From Octopus bimaculoides (taxonomy: Eukaryota): DNA of 64,000 bases. Location of the stretch: NCBI RefSeq assembly GCF_001194135.2, contig NC_068981.1:107000352-107064351 (forward strand), in the 5' to 3' direction. Positions within the stretch are counted from its first letter, which is position 1. Each line of letters begins with the position of its first letter. The notes under the pieces were generated by a model, which saw only the letters and a list, made by a program, of their open reading frames with translations, searched no databases and had not been told where the DNA came from. The translations under genes were made by a program, and so were the position numbers. Positions 36,710 to 51,340 of this stretch are shown here, one piece after another.

Positions 36710-39700
36710 CTAAATTATATGTTCATTACTTTGATTCTTACCCTGCCACATACCCTCTTCTCCCTATTACATATTGTACTACCCCTGTTATTTTCTCATG
36801 ATCCGTACTCTTCTCTAGTTTGCTGTCATATCAAGCCAATTAGATTAGATGCACACTGTAGGTATTTTTATTGTCTATCCATAGTCTTCACCCTAGTTAA
36901 TAACATGCATGTACACTTTATTTTCTTTCCTAACTGTCAATGTTAAATTTTACTGGGTAGCAGTATAGATTTGAAACAACTTTTTTTGTGCTTTGTTGAA
37001 TGTTTGGTGTAATAACTAATTGTCCCAACCTGTATGTGATATATTAGGCAAAAAAAATAACAGTTTTCTCACTGTCTTTTAGCATAATAGTCAGTATGTA
37101 TATATGTATGTGAGAGTGTATATATTATATATATATGCTGAAACACACACATAAATATTCATATAAATAGATACGAAGATTTCCTGTTGAGAATACAGCT
37201 TTTATATTTTGTAAGAATGTAACCATAGCTAGATGGAACAGTTCTAACATATGGTTGTTCACCAATTCAAAGACATTTATTTACCTTTTTCCATAAGAGT
37301 TATTGATTTTCAGCATTGTGTTGTTCAGCTGGATCACTCCCCTGACCCCACTCTCCCAATACCATTGTATATCACTGTTTTCTCTCTCTGTGAATGCATG
37401 TCAGCAAATCTATTTGTAAAGCATAGCTTTACAGAAGAAACAAAAAAAATGTATCTTTAATATATTGGTATGATGTTTTTCCCATATATTTTTACTGTTG
37501 ACTTTTGGGTTTTTATTTATTTTTTTTTTTTTGTTGCACAATTTTATTATTTAAATTCGCATTTTTTTTTTTTTTCCCTCCTTGGTCATAAGATAAGACT
37601 GAACGTAAGTTGTTAAAAAGAGGTAAGCCGAAATTCATTTATACTGGTACTAAAAGAAATAAGTAAAATGCTTGGAAAATTTTTTTGGGAATATTTTAAT
37701 ATATCCATGTATATAAAGTCTGGATATTAGTGCATTTTTTTGTTTTTATTTTTAAATTCCAAATTGTATTGGTGCAATTTGTTTTTTTATCTTTATGTTT
37801 TAGTTATACATTCTGTGTTTAGTTAATATTTTTGAGTAAGTTATGGAGATGGAGAATATTTTGGTTCTTTTAAAAATTTTAATATATGGAAATGAAGCAA
37901 CTCTTGATTTTATTTTAAGGAAAAAAGTAATAACAAAAAAAAAAATTTTTAATCAGAAACTGAAAAGTTTTCCAAATATAAAACTTTAAAATTGCAAGGA
38001 TATGCAGTACAGGTGTGACTACCATTCCCATAGTTGTAGATGCATGACCATTTTGTTAAGTTTGCTTAGAAAGCACGAGTTTCTGAGTTCAATGCTACTG
38101 CACAACATCTTGAACAAGTATTTTCTGTTATAGTCTTGTGTTGATCTGAGCCTTGTTGAGTGAAATTGAATGGATAGAAACTGTGCAAAAGCTAGCCTTG
38201 TCACAATGTCAGATTAGACTACAAATGTCTATGGAATGCTAGCTAATCATTCTTCATAATCATCTGAAGTCCATCAGATTAATGAAGAGAATGAAAATAA
38301 AACAATTTTTTTTTAAATGCGAGGACAAGCAGTTGAACTCTCTCTAGGTACAAGAACATACCACATATGCACAAACATGGATTGTTGTTGTTTTTGCCAA
38401 TAGTGAAAATGTTCATGTATATCAGTATGGTAAATGAAATTAGCAGTATAATGGTTATAGTAATGTATTTACCCATTCTCAGTACATTGTGGCAGATTCA
38501 AACATGAATATGCTGATCACTATTGTTTTGCTTCATCAGAAAACACTTCCTCTCTATAGACAATGTGTGTTCATAACACATATGATTCATTGATGTAAGG
38601 GAGCTTTGAGACACCAGAGTTTCAACCTTATTGTGTGTCTCCTTAGTCAAACCTGCCCCTGGATCAATAAATCAGACAAAAGTACATGCCCTTTATTTAC
38701 AGAAATCAGTTAACCAATTATTTGGTGATGCATGCTGATATCTGCCAAACTTATAATAATTCATGTGTTGCACACTGAACAGCAAGAATCCAAGCAAGAA
38801 CATATCTGTTCATTCTCAATATATTCTAGCAGATTTAAACTAGAATATGAGAACGGATACATTATTGTTAGGATTCTTGTTGTTCTGCATGCATCTCATG
38901 AATCAGTATCAGTTCAGCATGCATTAGCGAATGATTTGTTTGTTGATTTCCTTAAACAAGAACCAGTACTCTTGTTAGATACATTGATTGCAGGTGCAGG
39001 GTGGGGGCAATTTGACTGAGGAGGCGCACTATAAGCTGAAAAACTATGGAGTCTTAAAATAACCTTATATCAATGAATTGTGTATTTATCCCCACTTAAA
39101 ACTGGATGTTGTGTTAGAACAATCTTTACTGCAGTAGTTACCTTGAGAAAACCTCTCATGTTGGCTTTTGGTGCAAAGTGCATTCTTGTCTCTGTGTGTG
39201 TGTGTGTGTGTGTTATGAACATGCATCATCGAAAGGTAGGAGATACTCTCCGATGAAAAGGATCAGTGATCAACATGTTCCATCTGAACTTGCCAGAACA
39301 TATTGAGAATGGATGAATATGATATTGTTTGGATTCTTGCTGCTCACAATGCACCTCATGATTATAATGATAGTAGTTATTTTGGATACTTTTTCTTTCA
39401 TAATTTAATTATGTTCTTATCAAAGTAAAATATTTAATAATTGGAAATGCTTGTATGAAGCTACTCTTTAAAGTGATACAAAAGCAATTTAGAAATTGAG
39501 AGATGTTTTAAAAAGACTTCTGTAAATGGTGTATAGACTATCCTGTTGAAAAGTTTAAGAAACCTGCTAATTAGATTGTATTATTAGAAGGAAAGAAATT
39601 AAGGTGAAATTTTGTCATAGAAAATAAACTGAACTGTGCATTTTGTAATCTAACTTGCAAATATCTTTGCTGAAATTTAATTTTAAAAAATTTGTTATTG

Positions 39701-41243
39701 TGATCAATATGGATACTACTTCAAAGTATTGTTTAGCTGCAAGTTAACCCTGATAGAACAGACCTTATAATTAAATATGATACAACTATGACCATACCAC
39801 CGTTTGTGAAATATCTGAGACTATATTATCTAATGTTTTGGTGGAATTTATAAAAGTGATCTAGTTGTTGTTGTTGTTGTTTAACTCCAGGTTTGTCTTC
39901 ATAAGAGATACTTTTACTTAAAGGCACTTATGTTTGCCTTGGGTATAGCATTTTTATTAACACAGTACATGTAGGACCATGTTATCGTTAAAAAGATTGT
40001 CGGGTGTGATAGAAAGAAGTTTTAGCTATCATTTCTAGCAGATCCAGCAGACTTGAAGTGGCCCCTTTGCTTCAGTGGTTTCATTCCTGGTGATTTATTT
40101 TTGCTTAGCACCTCCCCCACCACCATTCTTGCTTAACACAAATGATTGCCTTTTTTTTTTTTAATCTAACACATTACAATGATGAGCTATGTTCAAAGAG
40201 TATTCTGTCAGTTCTTATTTTAGCAAGCAAGTATAATCAATTGCTCTTCTATATGAATATAATATTGGTATTCATGAATTGAAGTCAATCCTTAGTACAT
40301 GTATAGTGAAAAAGAATAGAGAGTATCTAGATGATGGTTAGAGCATAAATCTATATATAATAGACTTATGATTTGCAGAGTAGATCGTATTGTTGGCTGT
40401 AATGACATGACATGATTATCTTTGGAAAGGGCTAATGGGAAATGCAGTAACAGGGAGCATTAATTTATACAGATGTACCATACATTATCTTTCATCTATT
40501 CATCACTCTGGGAATTTATTGATCAAGGAATTAGGCATTAAATGTCCATCAGACTTTAGAAAGCTCTAGTTCATTAATTTTGTTAAATGACTTAACCGAA
40601 AATGTTTAATCAGTTTTTTGAATTAACTGAGATTAACTGTTATAGACATTAATGTTGTGCTATTGTCTGTTATGCATGGTATGTAAATTAATACTTCTAA
40701 TTAGGATATTACAGTAAAGTGAATAGCAATGGCCATTGGGATGGAATCTTCTAGTTAAGGGACCATGGTTCAAAACACATTTAGGAACTTTTACAATCTA
40801 CACAATACAGTTGGAAAACAGCTAACTGTATTGTAGATTGCAGAACAATAAAATGGAAAATATTGTGGCTACAGCAGGAATGTTTTGAGAGAACAGATAA
40901 GGGCACTAACAAATGCAAGCAGTGACAGCACTGTAAAGTAATGAAATGTTCTGGTAATATGCTGTAATGAATTCAACTCTTGTTATAGATTAAAATGGCT
41001 TACTGCATGAAGACAAAATCTTTAGTGATTTCTTTATGATTCAACATGTTTATGGATTCACCACCATTTTCACTACCATCTTGTAGTACTATTTTTAGTA
41101 CTACATGATGGAAAAATTGTCAACTCTGACAGAGTTTGAAATATGGCAGCCAACGAGGCAACCTCTGTGCAGTCACTAAACTTTTCAGAAATAGCAGTCA
41201 GGTCACTCTCATACTTTACTATCTTAAATAAGGAAAGGATATG

Positions 41244-41471
41244 TTAAACCTTTAGCATTTAAACCAGCCATATCTGGCCAAAATAATCCACCTCTTTTAT
41301 CTTCAAACTGGCCAGCTCTGACCTCTCATACTTACCCTATGATATTATTCTAAAAATAAATAATCATGTCATTGAAATCTTAAAGTTTTAAGGCAATGCA
41401 CGACTAATTGATATCAGTGTGAGTAAATAAACATTACACTTGACAGAGAAATTTGAATGCTAAAGGGTTTA
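41244..41471 (+). mobile_element. piggyBac-type MITE family P1, copy D
   Basis: TTAA-acctttagcattt ... aatgctaaagggtt-TTAA. Confidence 0.8.
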
Positions 41472-42239
41472 ATTTTACATATCCGTAAAAAGATAGTACA
41501 TTTACAAATGAAATGCCTTTAGTTATAGGCTTGCTTGATAAGGGTTGCCCTTGAACTAAACAACAGGAGAGACCATGTAAATTTTTATTAAAAAATCATC
41601 TATTCAGAATCTACTTATCTTTTTCTTATCTCCATTACACAACTGATGATAATATTTACACGATCACCATATTTTGACTTCAATTCAAAGTGTTATCACT
41701 GACCATTCTGAAGTTCTGTATGAACTCTTCCCCAGAAACAAGGGTAGAATTTTTAGTGGTTCCTTCTATGATGTAATAGGTTTTGGAACTCTTCATAAGT
41801 TTTACTCAAAACATATCTATTGAAAATAAATGGTGGGCACGATATCCATAACAGTACAGTCGTGGTGATGTAAAGTAGTTAATAGAAAGAATTCTGGACC
41901 CAACTCTTCAGCAAAGAATTAGATTGATAGCTTTTCAATTAAATGCAGTATTGTGACATTTGTAGACATCCATTATGTCAGCTAAAGGATTCTTTTATTA
42001 TCTAACAGCTTTACAATCTAGTCTGTCTCGTGCATCAGTATTCTGCTTTGACTGCAGTGTGAAATTTCCAGTGTACTAAAGTATTCCTGCTTTCACATGG
42101 AGTACAGACAGTTTACTGCATAATCTACTTTTGGCACTTATAAAATTTCCTCATTTTCAGTATCCTCATTCAATGTCCCTTTTATCATGCTGACATGGGC
42201 TAGATGGTTTGACAAGAACAGACAAATGAGCAAGAGGGC

Positions 42240-43010
42240 TCTGCCATGTTCTATGTCTGCTTTGCCATGCAGTTTACACTGAGTACACTGTATGGAATTT
42301 CTACCCTCATCTTGTCTACATATGGAACAGGGTTATTTACCCAGAGATTAGTGTTCTGTCTGTTTTCCTGTTAATTAGAACTGTAGTCTTTGCTAAGTTA
42401 ACCTTAAAACCCTTTGATTCCAGGTTTTGCTTCCATACTTGGAATTTAATTCTGATTCTTCTACTCGTTCAATTATAATAACAAGGTCATAAGTGTAGAG
42501 GAGTTCCCATGCACAACCAGTATTAAATTCCTCTGTTATGGCCTGGTGGAGTATTATAAATGGGAGGGGACTGATAAGTGAACCTTGACAAATTCCTACC
42601 TGCACACTAAATTCACTACTGTACTCATTGTTAACTCTCACTTTGCTAGCAGCATCTCTGTACATGGCTTGAACAGCTCTCACTAGCTTTAGCAGCCACC
42701 ACCAAATAGGGAAATCAAGACACCTTGTCAGAGGCTCTCCCCAGATCAACAAATGATAAGTACAGTGGTTTATCTTTTGCTAAATACTTCTCCTGTACCT
42801 TCCTGCACAACTTGATTAACTATCAAGTGACTGGGCTAAATACTACACCACCAGATATTTTAAGCATTTCAGAGGTAATTCTTGATGAACCAGGGGTTTT
42901 CTCAATCTCATTTTCTTCATTACTTTATCTATAACACCGTTATCAACACAAATGGCCGAACCCCCTGTTGAAATCACATTAGGAAGCCTCTCATTTCCAT
43001 ACATTCGCCA
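42240..43010 (-). mobile_element. Decayed RTE LINE RT region
   Basis: QEKYLAKDKPLYLSFVDL, LVRAVQAMYRDAASKVRVNNEYS, GICQGSLISPLPF and WELLYTYDL. Confidence 0.8.
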
Positions 43011-43247
43011 CATTTAATAACCTTTCATAACACTTCCATACTTTCTTCTTTTCAGAATCACTAAATGCAAGCATGCCATCACCCTTCTGCATACATTTCT
43101 CTCCCACATCTTGATTTTCTTTGGTACACTGCCTCCACTAAGCAACAATAACTCCTTAGCTGGTTGGTTTGTTAAGGCTGACTTTGCTCTCTTCGAAGAT
43201 CTTTGTTCCAATAGAACAAAGTGTTTTCCCATTACAAACCTTGACTG

Positions 43248-44087
43248 TACATGAAGGTACCCAAACGTTCTCTGTGGGACAAGCCTATTGTAGTTCAAGT
43301 TTCTGCCACTAGAAGCCACTTGATGTGACCCTCAGGCATCAGTCTGCCAATCAGCATCGTCGGATATAGTCCTACAGCCATGAGGTGCATTTTGATGGCT
43401 GAAGCGAAAGAACAGCATGCTTCCATGAAATTCTGTTTTCTGCTGAAGAAAACAGTGGTTGAAACAGTTGTCATGCTTCAAACAACTTATAAGGATGCTG
43501 CCATGAGTAAAAGACACAAGTTTACAAGTGGTTTTCATGCTTTACAAATGATCACTTGTCGCTTGAAGACCAACCTCATTCAGAGTAACCGTCGACCTCC
43601 TGAACAAATGGAAACATCATGAAAATTCATGAACTGATTGTGGAGGACCGTCGCTAAACAATTGATGAACTTGTTGATATAACTGTGTCCTAGAGCTCCT
43701 CCTAACAAATTTTAAGCAAGGGATTCCAAATGAAAAGAGTTGCAGTAAAATTTGTACCTTGCTTGCTCGTGGAAGATCAAAAGCAATCACAACTGAATGT
43801 GTGTTGTGAACTGAAAGAACAGTTGGAAGTTGATCCAGACCCTTTTTCAAAAGTCATCACTGGTACTATTTGCAGATGTGGAAGAGGTGAAGAAAAAATG
43901 ATGAAGGCGTTAAAAGGCATCACTTCACATGAGTTCCAGGACTGCTTTGAATAGTGGAAAATGCATCTGGACTGATGCTGTGCTTCAAATGGAGAATACT
44001 TTGAAGGTGGTAAAAGTGTAAATATGTAAAACTAGGTGAATAAAATAATATCGCAAAATTCCGGTTTCTTTGGGGTACCTCCTCGTA
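43248..44087 (+). mobile_element. Mariner (DD34D-type) element with an internally deleted transposase pseudogene
   Basis: TIRs tacatgaaggtacccaaa / tttggggtacctcctcgta. Reads MAEAKEQHASMKFCFLLKKTVVETVVML, MKRVAVKFVPCLL.EDQKQ, FSKVITG and the C-terminal EFQDCFE.WK..LD.C.ASNGEYFEG. Confidence 0.85.
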
Positions 44088-44355
44088 TTTATAGAAAAGC
44101 TTAAATGACAAATGTTATTAGAAATGTAGATTAAGGGAAAGAAAGTACAAAAATTCAGCCCTTAGTGGCAGTGACAGCAGTAGCATAAGGCTAAGAAAGG
44201 ATATAATGAATTAAATGAGTCCTAGACTTAACTGGTACTTAGGTTATTGGCCCTGGAAGATTAAATGGCAAAATTGACCTCAGCTGGATTAAAATTTAGT
44301 ATATAAATGAATATAACTAAATACTATTTCTGCCAGTTCACTGCATGAATAATGA

Positions 44356-44565
44356 TTTCAAATTTTTGCCACAAGGGCAACTTGGAGGAGAGGATTAAGT
44401 CGATTACATCAACCCCAGTGCATAACTGATACTTATTTAATCAACCCCAAAAGAGTGAAAGGCAAAGTCAATCTTGACGGAATTTGAACTTAGAATGTAG
44501 CAGCAGACAAAATACCATTAAGCATTTTGCCTGGCATGCTAATGATTCTGCCAGCTCACTGCCTT
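44356..44565 (-). mobile_element. SINE family A, near full length (a more decayed copy lies at about 44160-44340)
   Basis: tttcaaatttttgccacaagg...gattctgccagctcactgcctt. Confidence 0.85.
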
Positions 44566-45839
44566 AATAATAATAAGAATGATGATGATTCCACATCACA
44601 ACACAAAGCCAAAGATTTGCAAATCAATTCATTCAACTGCAAAATTTGAATGTTGGTGATTTTATCAACTCCATAAGGATAGAAGGTAAAACTAGGCTCA
44701 GTGGGAGTTGAATTCAGAACATGGTGCAACATGCTTAAATACTATAAGGCATTGATTTAATCTGTTAATTTTAACTTTTCTACTCTAATATTGATTGTTT
44801 CTTTCAGAATGTTTGCCCATATAATATTCTATATTAGTCTACTTATCATGGTACATGTTTGTTATACTTCTAACAAGTTTAGCCATGAAAGAAAATTGAA
44901 GACTGTTTACGAAGCTCAGTAAATGTATGCATCAAAATAGAACATTTACATAACTTGGGGTTTCCATGGACCCACTCATATTAGCAAATACTGAACTTAT
45001 TTATTAATAAATAATTATAGGCAATAACACCTTTCAAAAATGAGAATTAACATTACAGTGTTTGAGTAAAGGAGTGTTTAGGCAAATTTATTGTAATTGT
45101 TGTATAAAATACTGAATGAAATTTTGAGTCCATACCAATTAACCTTGTTACATCAAGAAAATTCATGCACCCTAAGCAAAAGAAAGTAAATTTTAAAGTG
45201 ACTTTTGATTTTCACCACTGTAGGCCATAAAAGTGTGCCTGCTTTGAAGTCAGCATTATAGAAATTATGATCAGTGTCATGGATATATTCAGTGCTGTTT
45301 GATGCAAACTACCTCTGTTATTTCCTCTATAGAGCAGTTGCATAAACTGGTTGGCAAACTCTTTGTTTCTTTCTAGTCTAAATAGAACACATGCCCAAAA
45401 GTGACATATTAAATGTAACTTGTTGAAAGAAGGATTGCTACATTACTATAGAAGTAAAATGTGTAAACATCATTGTCATTTTTTACTATTGCATGCAAAC
45501 AAAAATCATGCTTAGGAAACTCAAAGATGGTAGACTGGAGAAATCTGCAGCATTTCTGAACTTGGAAGAAGAGTTTAGTTAGGGGTGTTGGCATTAGAAT
45601 CAACTCAACCAATGTAGGTCTCAAGGCAATAATCAGAGAGAATGCCTGACATCAAGATTAGTATTTGGTGGAGTCGGTGCTTTATGGAATGACATGAACA
45701 GTCAGTTTGTGGCTAGACTCACATGTTGCAAAAATTGATTCAGATTTAAAAGACAAGTTATAGGAGTGTCAATATTTTATCACTTGTACATCAGGAAGCT
45801 AATTTATCACAGAATGGAAATGCAGATTATAACCTGCCG

Positions 45840-46560
45840 ATCTTTAACATCCCCTACACAAAAAACAGTTGATTTCAAAGCCAGAAGACTCATCAATATT
45901 ACTGGCAATAAAAAGAAGCATTTTACAATGATAGTAGTCATTATTAGTGATAGAAAAATGCTGCCAGCCTAAAGCAATATTTCCAAAAGGAATACAGGCT
46001 TGTGTCCACAAGAAGAAGTTTGAAACAAAATTAAGTGAATAGATCAAAATGATGTGTAGAGATGTCAGATGCTGAAACAACTGTCCCTGCTGGTGTGGTG
46101 CATTTAGTTGCCATTAACACCTTAATGTGAAATGGCAACTGGAATTCTTAATGACTGATTTTGCCATCATTCTTGATGTGATAGCTAGTATTCTACAATC
46201 ACTGGACATCAGTATTAGCAAGACAATCACTCGGCATATGCACAATATGGAACCAGTGACTGACAGATAGGCACAAGTCCATCACTCCAAAAGGTCACAC
46301 TCCTCAATCAGAGCTTTTCCATAGTAATATGCATTGATGCACATTACTATAGATGTCTAGCAATGATTTCAAAGAATGCTGCATCATATTTGCACTGGAT
46401 CATCATAAAGGTAGCATCCTTTTCAAGGAACAAATTGAAGCTGTGTTTGAGGACATCAAAAATACCCTACTCCACTGACAATATAAATGAAGATGTAAAG
46501 GCATACGTCTTTCACACAGACCACAGTGAAGTTGGCTTCCTCAGTTTCAGTGGTGAATCA
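45840..46560 (+). mobile_element. Heavily decayed Ty3/Gypsy pol (RT to RNase H) relic
   Basis: Collinear degenerate motifs across frames: VDFKARRL, CRDVRC*N (compare CGDYRxLN), SILQSLDI, IRAFP, KNAASYLH (compare PNAAxILxP), KEQIEAVFEDIKNTL and FHTDHSEVG (compare TDASxVG). Confidence 0.5.
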
Positions 46561-47559
46561 CCATTTGAAACATGAACTATTAAACTTTTGAACAGGAGCT
46601 ATGTGCTTGCATAGAAAATAAGTAAATGTTTCAGTTTTAAATGAACTTGGTAAATGAATACTGAACAATTATCAATTTGCTGAATTGTGTTTAATCTCTT
46701 AATGTTGTTCCTTCGCATCGTTTTGTTATTGTTACTGCATTGTTAAAACTCATATGGGTACGCATTTGTTTAAGCATGAATTTCTTTTTAAAAAACCCTC
46801 TAAATTTTTCAAGAACTATTTTTTAAAATAAAAATCTCATCTCATCTAGGTCGACCCACAGGACACCCCTATTAGGGTTTTGGTTGCGCATACTATAGGA
46901 GTCACAGGGCGCTGCTCCATGTGGTCCCACAGTTTCCATCTAACTAGGAATATTAGGGTTTCAACCATTGTCTTGTATTCAAGATCCTCTGCATGACATC
47001 CTACTAGTTCAAAGCCAGGAATCTGATCTGTTAGGTCCTGCCAATAACTAAATCCATGCCCTGCTGCCGACGCTTCGATTTATTGTTGTTAAGGTTTTGT
47101 CTGTCTCCTACCCTTTGACCTGCCTGGCCTGGTAAAACCTGCCTGAAGATTTCTCTCCTTCCAACATAGCTTTCTGGGTCAATGGAGAGCACAGGTACTT
47201 CACCACAACAAGATACTTGTTGAATTGACCATTGACTACACAGTAGTTCTTCCGCCCTTTGATGGGTCTTATTTTTCGTCCCGCAGGGTGTCCAACAATC
47301 ACCCTCCTCACCAAGCAAGCTTGATGGTGTTGCCAATTTAGTCTTCAACTTTCATGTTTTGAACTTAGACATTCAGCCAACATTTTTCTTAACTAAAAAA
47401 AAAAAAAGAAAGCAAGGTTTTGTTGTGTCTAGTGTGAGTTTGCTTTTTTAAAAAAATAAGAATCTTAGTAAATTGAAATAATTTTTTTTAATTTTCCAAA
47501 AGTGAAAACAAAGAAAAAAAATTTAACCACTCCAGCCATTATTTCATACACAATTTTGT

Positions 47560-47617
<58 letters not shown>

Positions 47618-48276
47618 AATATATATATCAACATCATTGTGCATGGTTTCTGCAGCTAATACCCTTATTTGCACCAATCACTTTACAATATGTACTGAGT
47701 GCATTTTCCATACCACCAGTACTAGTGCGGTTGCTATGTAACTTGCAAGACTACAGTCCCCACCTCCTCTGGTGGGGTGGGGAGCTTCATACTAGGAGAT
47801 GAGGGGAGTGAGTGAATGAAGCTAGAAAGAGATAAAAATAGCTATGATGAGGTGTTTAGGTGGATTTGCACAGTATAAGGTTTGTAGAAGTAAGTGCAGA
47901 GTAGGAGATGATTAACAGTGCAGAAAAAAGGGAAGTAGGTAGCAGAATAGTAATGATGATACAATTGACAACAGAAGGACAAGAGGGTGAAGATTTAGTT
48001 GGATACATTGCAAGAGTTGGGGGAAGAGAGAGAGAGAGAGGTGTAATACATGAGGAGAGTTGAGAAGGAGAGGTAATTTGGTGGTGCAGCAGTGGGGAGG
48101 ATCAATATGATGTGGTGGGTAGAAAGAACAGTGACTGGATAAAGGATGAGTAACAAGTGAAATGGCTCCATGTAGTAAGAGATAAGAGGTACCAAAGTAC
48201 CAGAGAAGAGCAGCAGTTAGATGATTGATAGTGGGAAGTGGCTTGAGGAGAAAGTAGGGGAAAAGGCCCAGTCATG

Positions 48277-48333
<57 letters not shown>

Positions 48334-48339
48334 CTTTCC

Positions 48340-49390
48340 AACTCAGTTTCATTGAAGTGAGTGGGTTTTTCTTCAGAACCATATTTGCCAGTTATCCCAG
48401 TATTTTGTTATCATCTCCATGAGGTTCAAGGTCCTGAGAGCAGCTTTCACCATTTCATCACATGACTTTCTGGGTTTCCCTCTTCCATAAACTTCATCCA
48501 CATTAAGTGATCAGCACTTCTTTATACGGCTGTCCTCACATTTCCATAGTAGTCTCCATGCCAGTACTTTCTTGCACATCCACTTCCTCTCATGTCCAGT
48601 TTTTCTCTCAGTATATTTTCACTGTTGTTCATGTACACTTAGATTTCTCATCCAACAGGACATGCTAGATTCACTTCTTTACAGTTTTCTCAAATCCTCT
48701 GCAGTCAAGGCTTGTGTCTCACTACCATGCAGCATCACAATTGTAACACAAATGTCATACAATCTACCCTTCACACTGAAATAAAAGACCTTCCTTGCCT
48801 ACAGTGGTTGTAGCTCTTTGTACTTTCTCCAGCCTGTTCTTACTCTGGCTACTACACTTTCAGAGCTCACACCTCCCTTGCTAATTAGATCCTCTAGGTA
48901 TCAATAGATATCAATCACTTCTAGTGAGTCATCAAGGAATTTAAGAGAATCTATTTCTAGTGTGCTCATAGTATGTACTGCTCCACTGCATCTTTTGTGT
49001 TTCTATAGCTTACGTTGTGTATAGCATTTGGAGTTTATTCTTACTTCTTTAATGCATAACAACCAATGCCATTTCCCTGAATGAAGATACCAGGGTTTTC
49101 CTTATGAAAGATTTCATCTTTGTTAGGTAGCCTTAAAACCTCTTGATTCTGGGTTTAGCTTCATGCCTGGAACTTTCTTCTTAATACCAAATACAGATTC
49201 AGCTATGAAGTCTAAAACATCAGCATACTAGAGTTTTTATGGACATCCAGTTTTAAACTCATGTTATGGCCTGTAGGACTGTAATGAATAGGGGAGGACA
49301 GTCTCGATGGACTCCTGCCTTCACATTGCATTCATCACTGAAACTGTTGTTGACTTTCATTTTACTTGCTACATCTTTGTACATGGCTTG
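48340..49390 (-). mobile_element. Decayed RTE LINE (RT to C-terminal region)
   Basis: QAMYKDVASKMKVN..FSDECNVKAGVH...PPLFITVLQAIT, then YLEDLISKGG, RVRTGWRKYKEL, GRLYDICV..VMLHGSET. A similar relic lies at about 57850-58420. Confidence 0.7.
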
Positions 49391-49402
49391 TATACACACA
49401 GA

Positions 49403-49441
<39 letters not shown>

Positions 49442-49986
49442 ACACACACACATACGTGCACACATTTTTATACAGACACACACACATAAATAAATAAATA
49501 TACAGTATCTATTTTTAATACAAATTTCTGTCTAGATAAAAATTAGTTTCATTGCTATCAATGGCAGTTTTATTTTCTGATTATTTTATGTCAACAATAC
49601 AGAAGCAAAATTTTACTGCATTTAGTCAGACAATGATCAATATGTTCTCTGTTGTGAGCAGCCATGTATGTCGACTATTGTAAACATTGTGTGTGTATAT
49701 ATCTGCACCAACAACAAAAAATCAGATCTTTAATGCTTACCTATGTAATGTAATGAACATTTAATATATTATCACTAACATAGAAAAAAAATGTAGCATT
49801 ATTATTATCTTATAGATCAGTTTGTTTAGACAATAGATATAACATACTTTCAATCATTTGACCATGCCTTATCTGAGGAAAATGGGTAACATTTAGTTCT
49901 CATGCATAATGTGATTCCAGTAGGAATAGTTATTCCTTCTAACAGTTGTTTGTCAGAACTAAATAACCAACTGTGTTTTTTTTTTT

Positions 49987-50013
49987 NNNNNNNNNNNNNN
50001 NNNNNNNNNNNNN
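49987..50013. other. Assembly gap
   Basis: Run of N between poly-T and poly-G. Confidence 1.
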
Positions 50014-51172
50014 NGGGGGGGGGGGGTCCGTCTCTTTATATTTTTTTCAGTTTTAATTATTGTCAGAAATGTGATTGTGATAAGAATTGTAGTTACATTA
50101 AGCACAGGCTTCAAGGCATGAACTAAATACAATTCTTGGTATAGATGCAAATTTAAGAAAATCCTGGCCAAAAAAAAATTAATTAAATGAGAAACATAAT
50201 GAAAAATGTGGGGGATTATATTTTAACACTGAAGAAATTCTTCTGTCATATTAAAGATTTAATTACAATATTAAAGCAGGTGTTCTGAATTGTCTCCATA
50301 ATGACTAAATAAATAAACAAACAATTAGCTGAGAAAAACATAAAAAATCTTAAAATCCTTTAAATCAAGTTTAAACCAAATTAGTTATTTTTTGAAAAAT
50401 GTATTCCTTTTAAATAAGAACATCAGTGTATTGGATTTTTTTTTTTGTGGTATTTTTGTTATTCAAATATTATTATTATTATCATCATTATATTTTTGTT
50501 GTTTTTTGATATACATATCCCAGTCTTTAATTACTTGATGTATTAGTTTTATATCATACTGGTCTTAATTGAAAAAGAAAGAAAATCTAGGAATTTTTGA
50601 AACAATGTTTAAATTTTCTTTTTATTATCAATATTGAACTTGGTTTTAAATTTGTTCATGATCTTAATATATAATCTGCTTCATAATTAGACTAGTTGTA
50701 TGACATAAAGAAATACCTAATTACTTTTCTCCTTTCTTGTAATATTCCAACATACTCATTTAGAAACATCAGTGTTAAGCAAAAAACTTTCTTTTAGTTT
50801 TGTTTTCCTTTTTTTTTTAATTTTGAGAACTTAACAACGTAACACAAGTTAACAGGTGATTTATCTAATTTCTATTCTGTACTTAAGATTTTAAAATTGG
50901 GAAACTTATTGAAGGTAAGAAACGTTACTTTAAACTTTTGAATACAGTTCTCTTTTCTATCAATGAGGGTTTTTGGTTTGGGTTTTTTTTTTTTTCGTTT
51001 TTCATTTTTTTTTGTTTTGTTTTCAAGTTTTTGTCATCAAGTTCTATATACTTGATAAACGCATAATTCAGGGTAAGTGCATTTGATAACTAATTATTAT
51101 TATTATTAAGTACTGGGATCAAATGGTATTGACTAACCCCTCCCCCTCAAAATTGCTGATCTAATAGTTCTA

Positions 51173-51340
51173 CAAGCTAGCAGAATTGTTAGAGCAGTAA
51201 ACAAAATGCCTTGTGCAAATAATCACGAAAGTTAACTTTGCTGTTCATCCCTCGAGGGTTGATAAAATAAAGTACCAGTCAAGTAGTGGGGTCAGTGGTA
51301 TTGACTGGCCTATTCCCCTTAAAATTGCTGGTACAAAGCA
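51173..51340 (+). mobile_element. SINE family A (internally deleted)
   Basis: gctagcagaattgttag...aaagttaactttgctgttcatcc...gtaccagtcaagtagtggggtc. Confidence 0.65.

Noticed and set aside
37580-37630. Possible 12-nt microexon before AAC|GTAAGT, plus a second donor GAG|GTAAGC
   Set aside because: The acceptor is a poor AAG with weak context, and such signals are common in AT-rich introns.
35300-38000. U-rich stretch with AATAAA signals resembling a long 3'UTR
   Set aside because: No upstream terminal coding exon was identified, and it cannot be distinguished from AT-rich intron without RNA data.
50828-50914. 87-nt candidate exon ending GAAG|GTAAGA
   Set aside because: It has a GAG acceptor and an in-frame TGA in the relevant phase.
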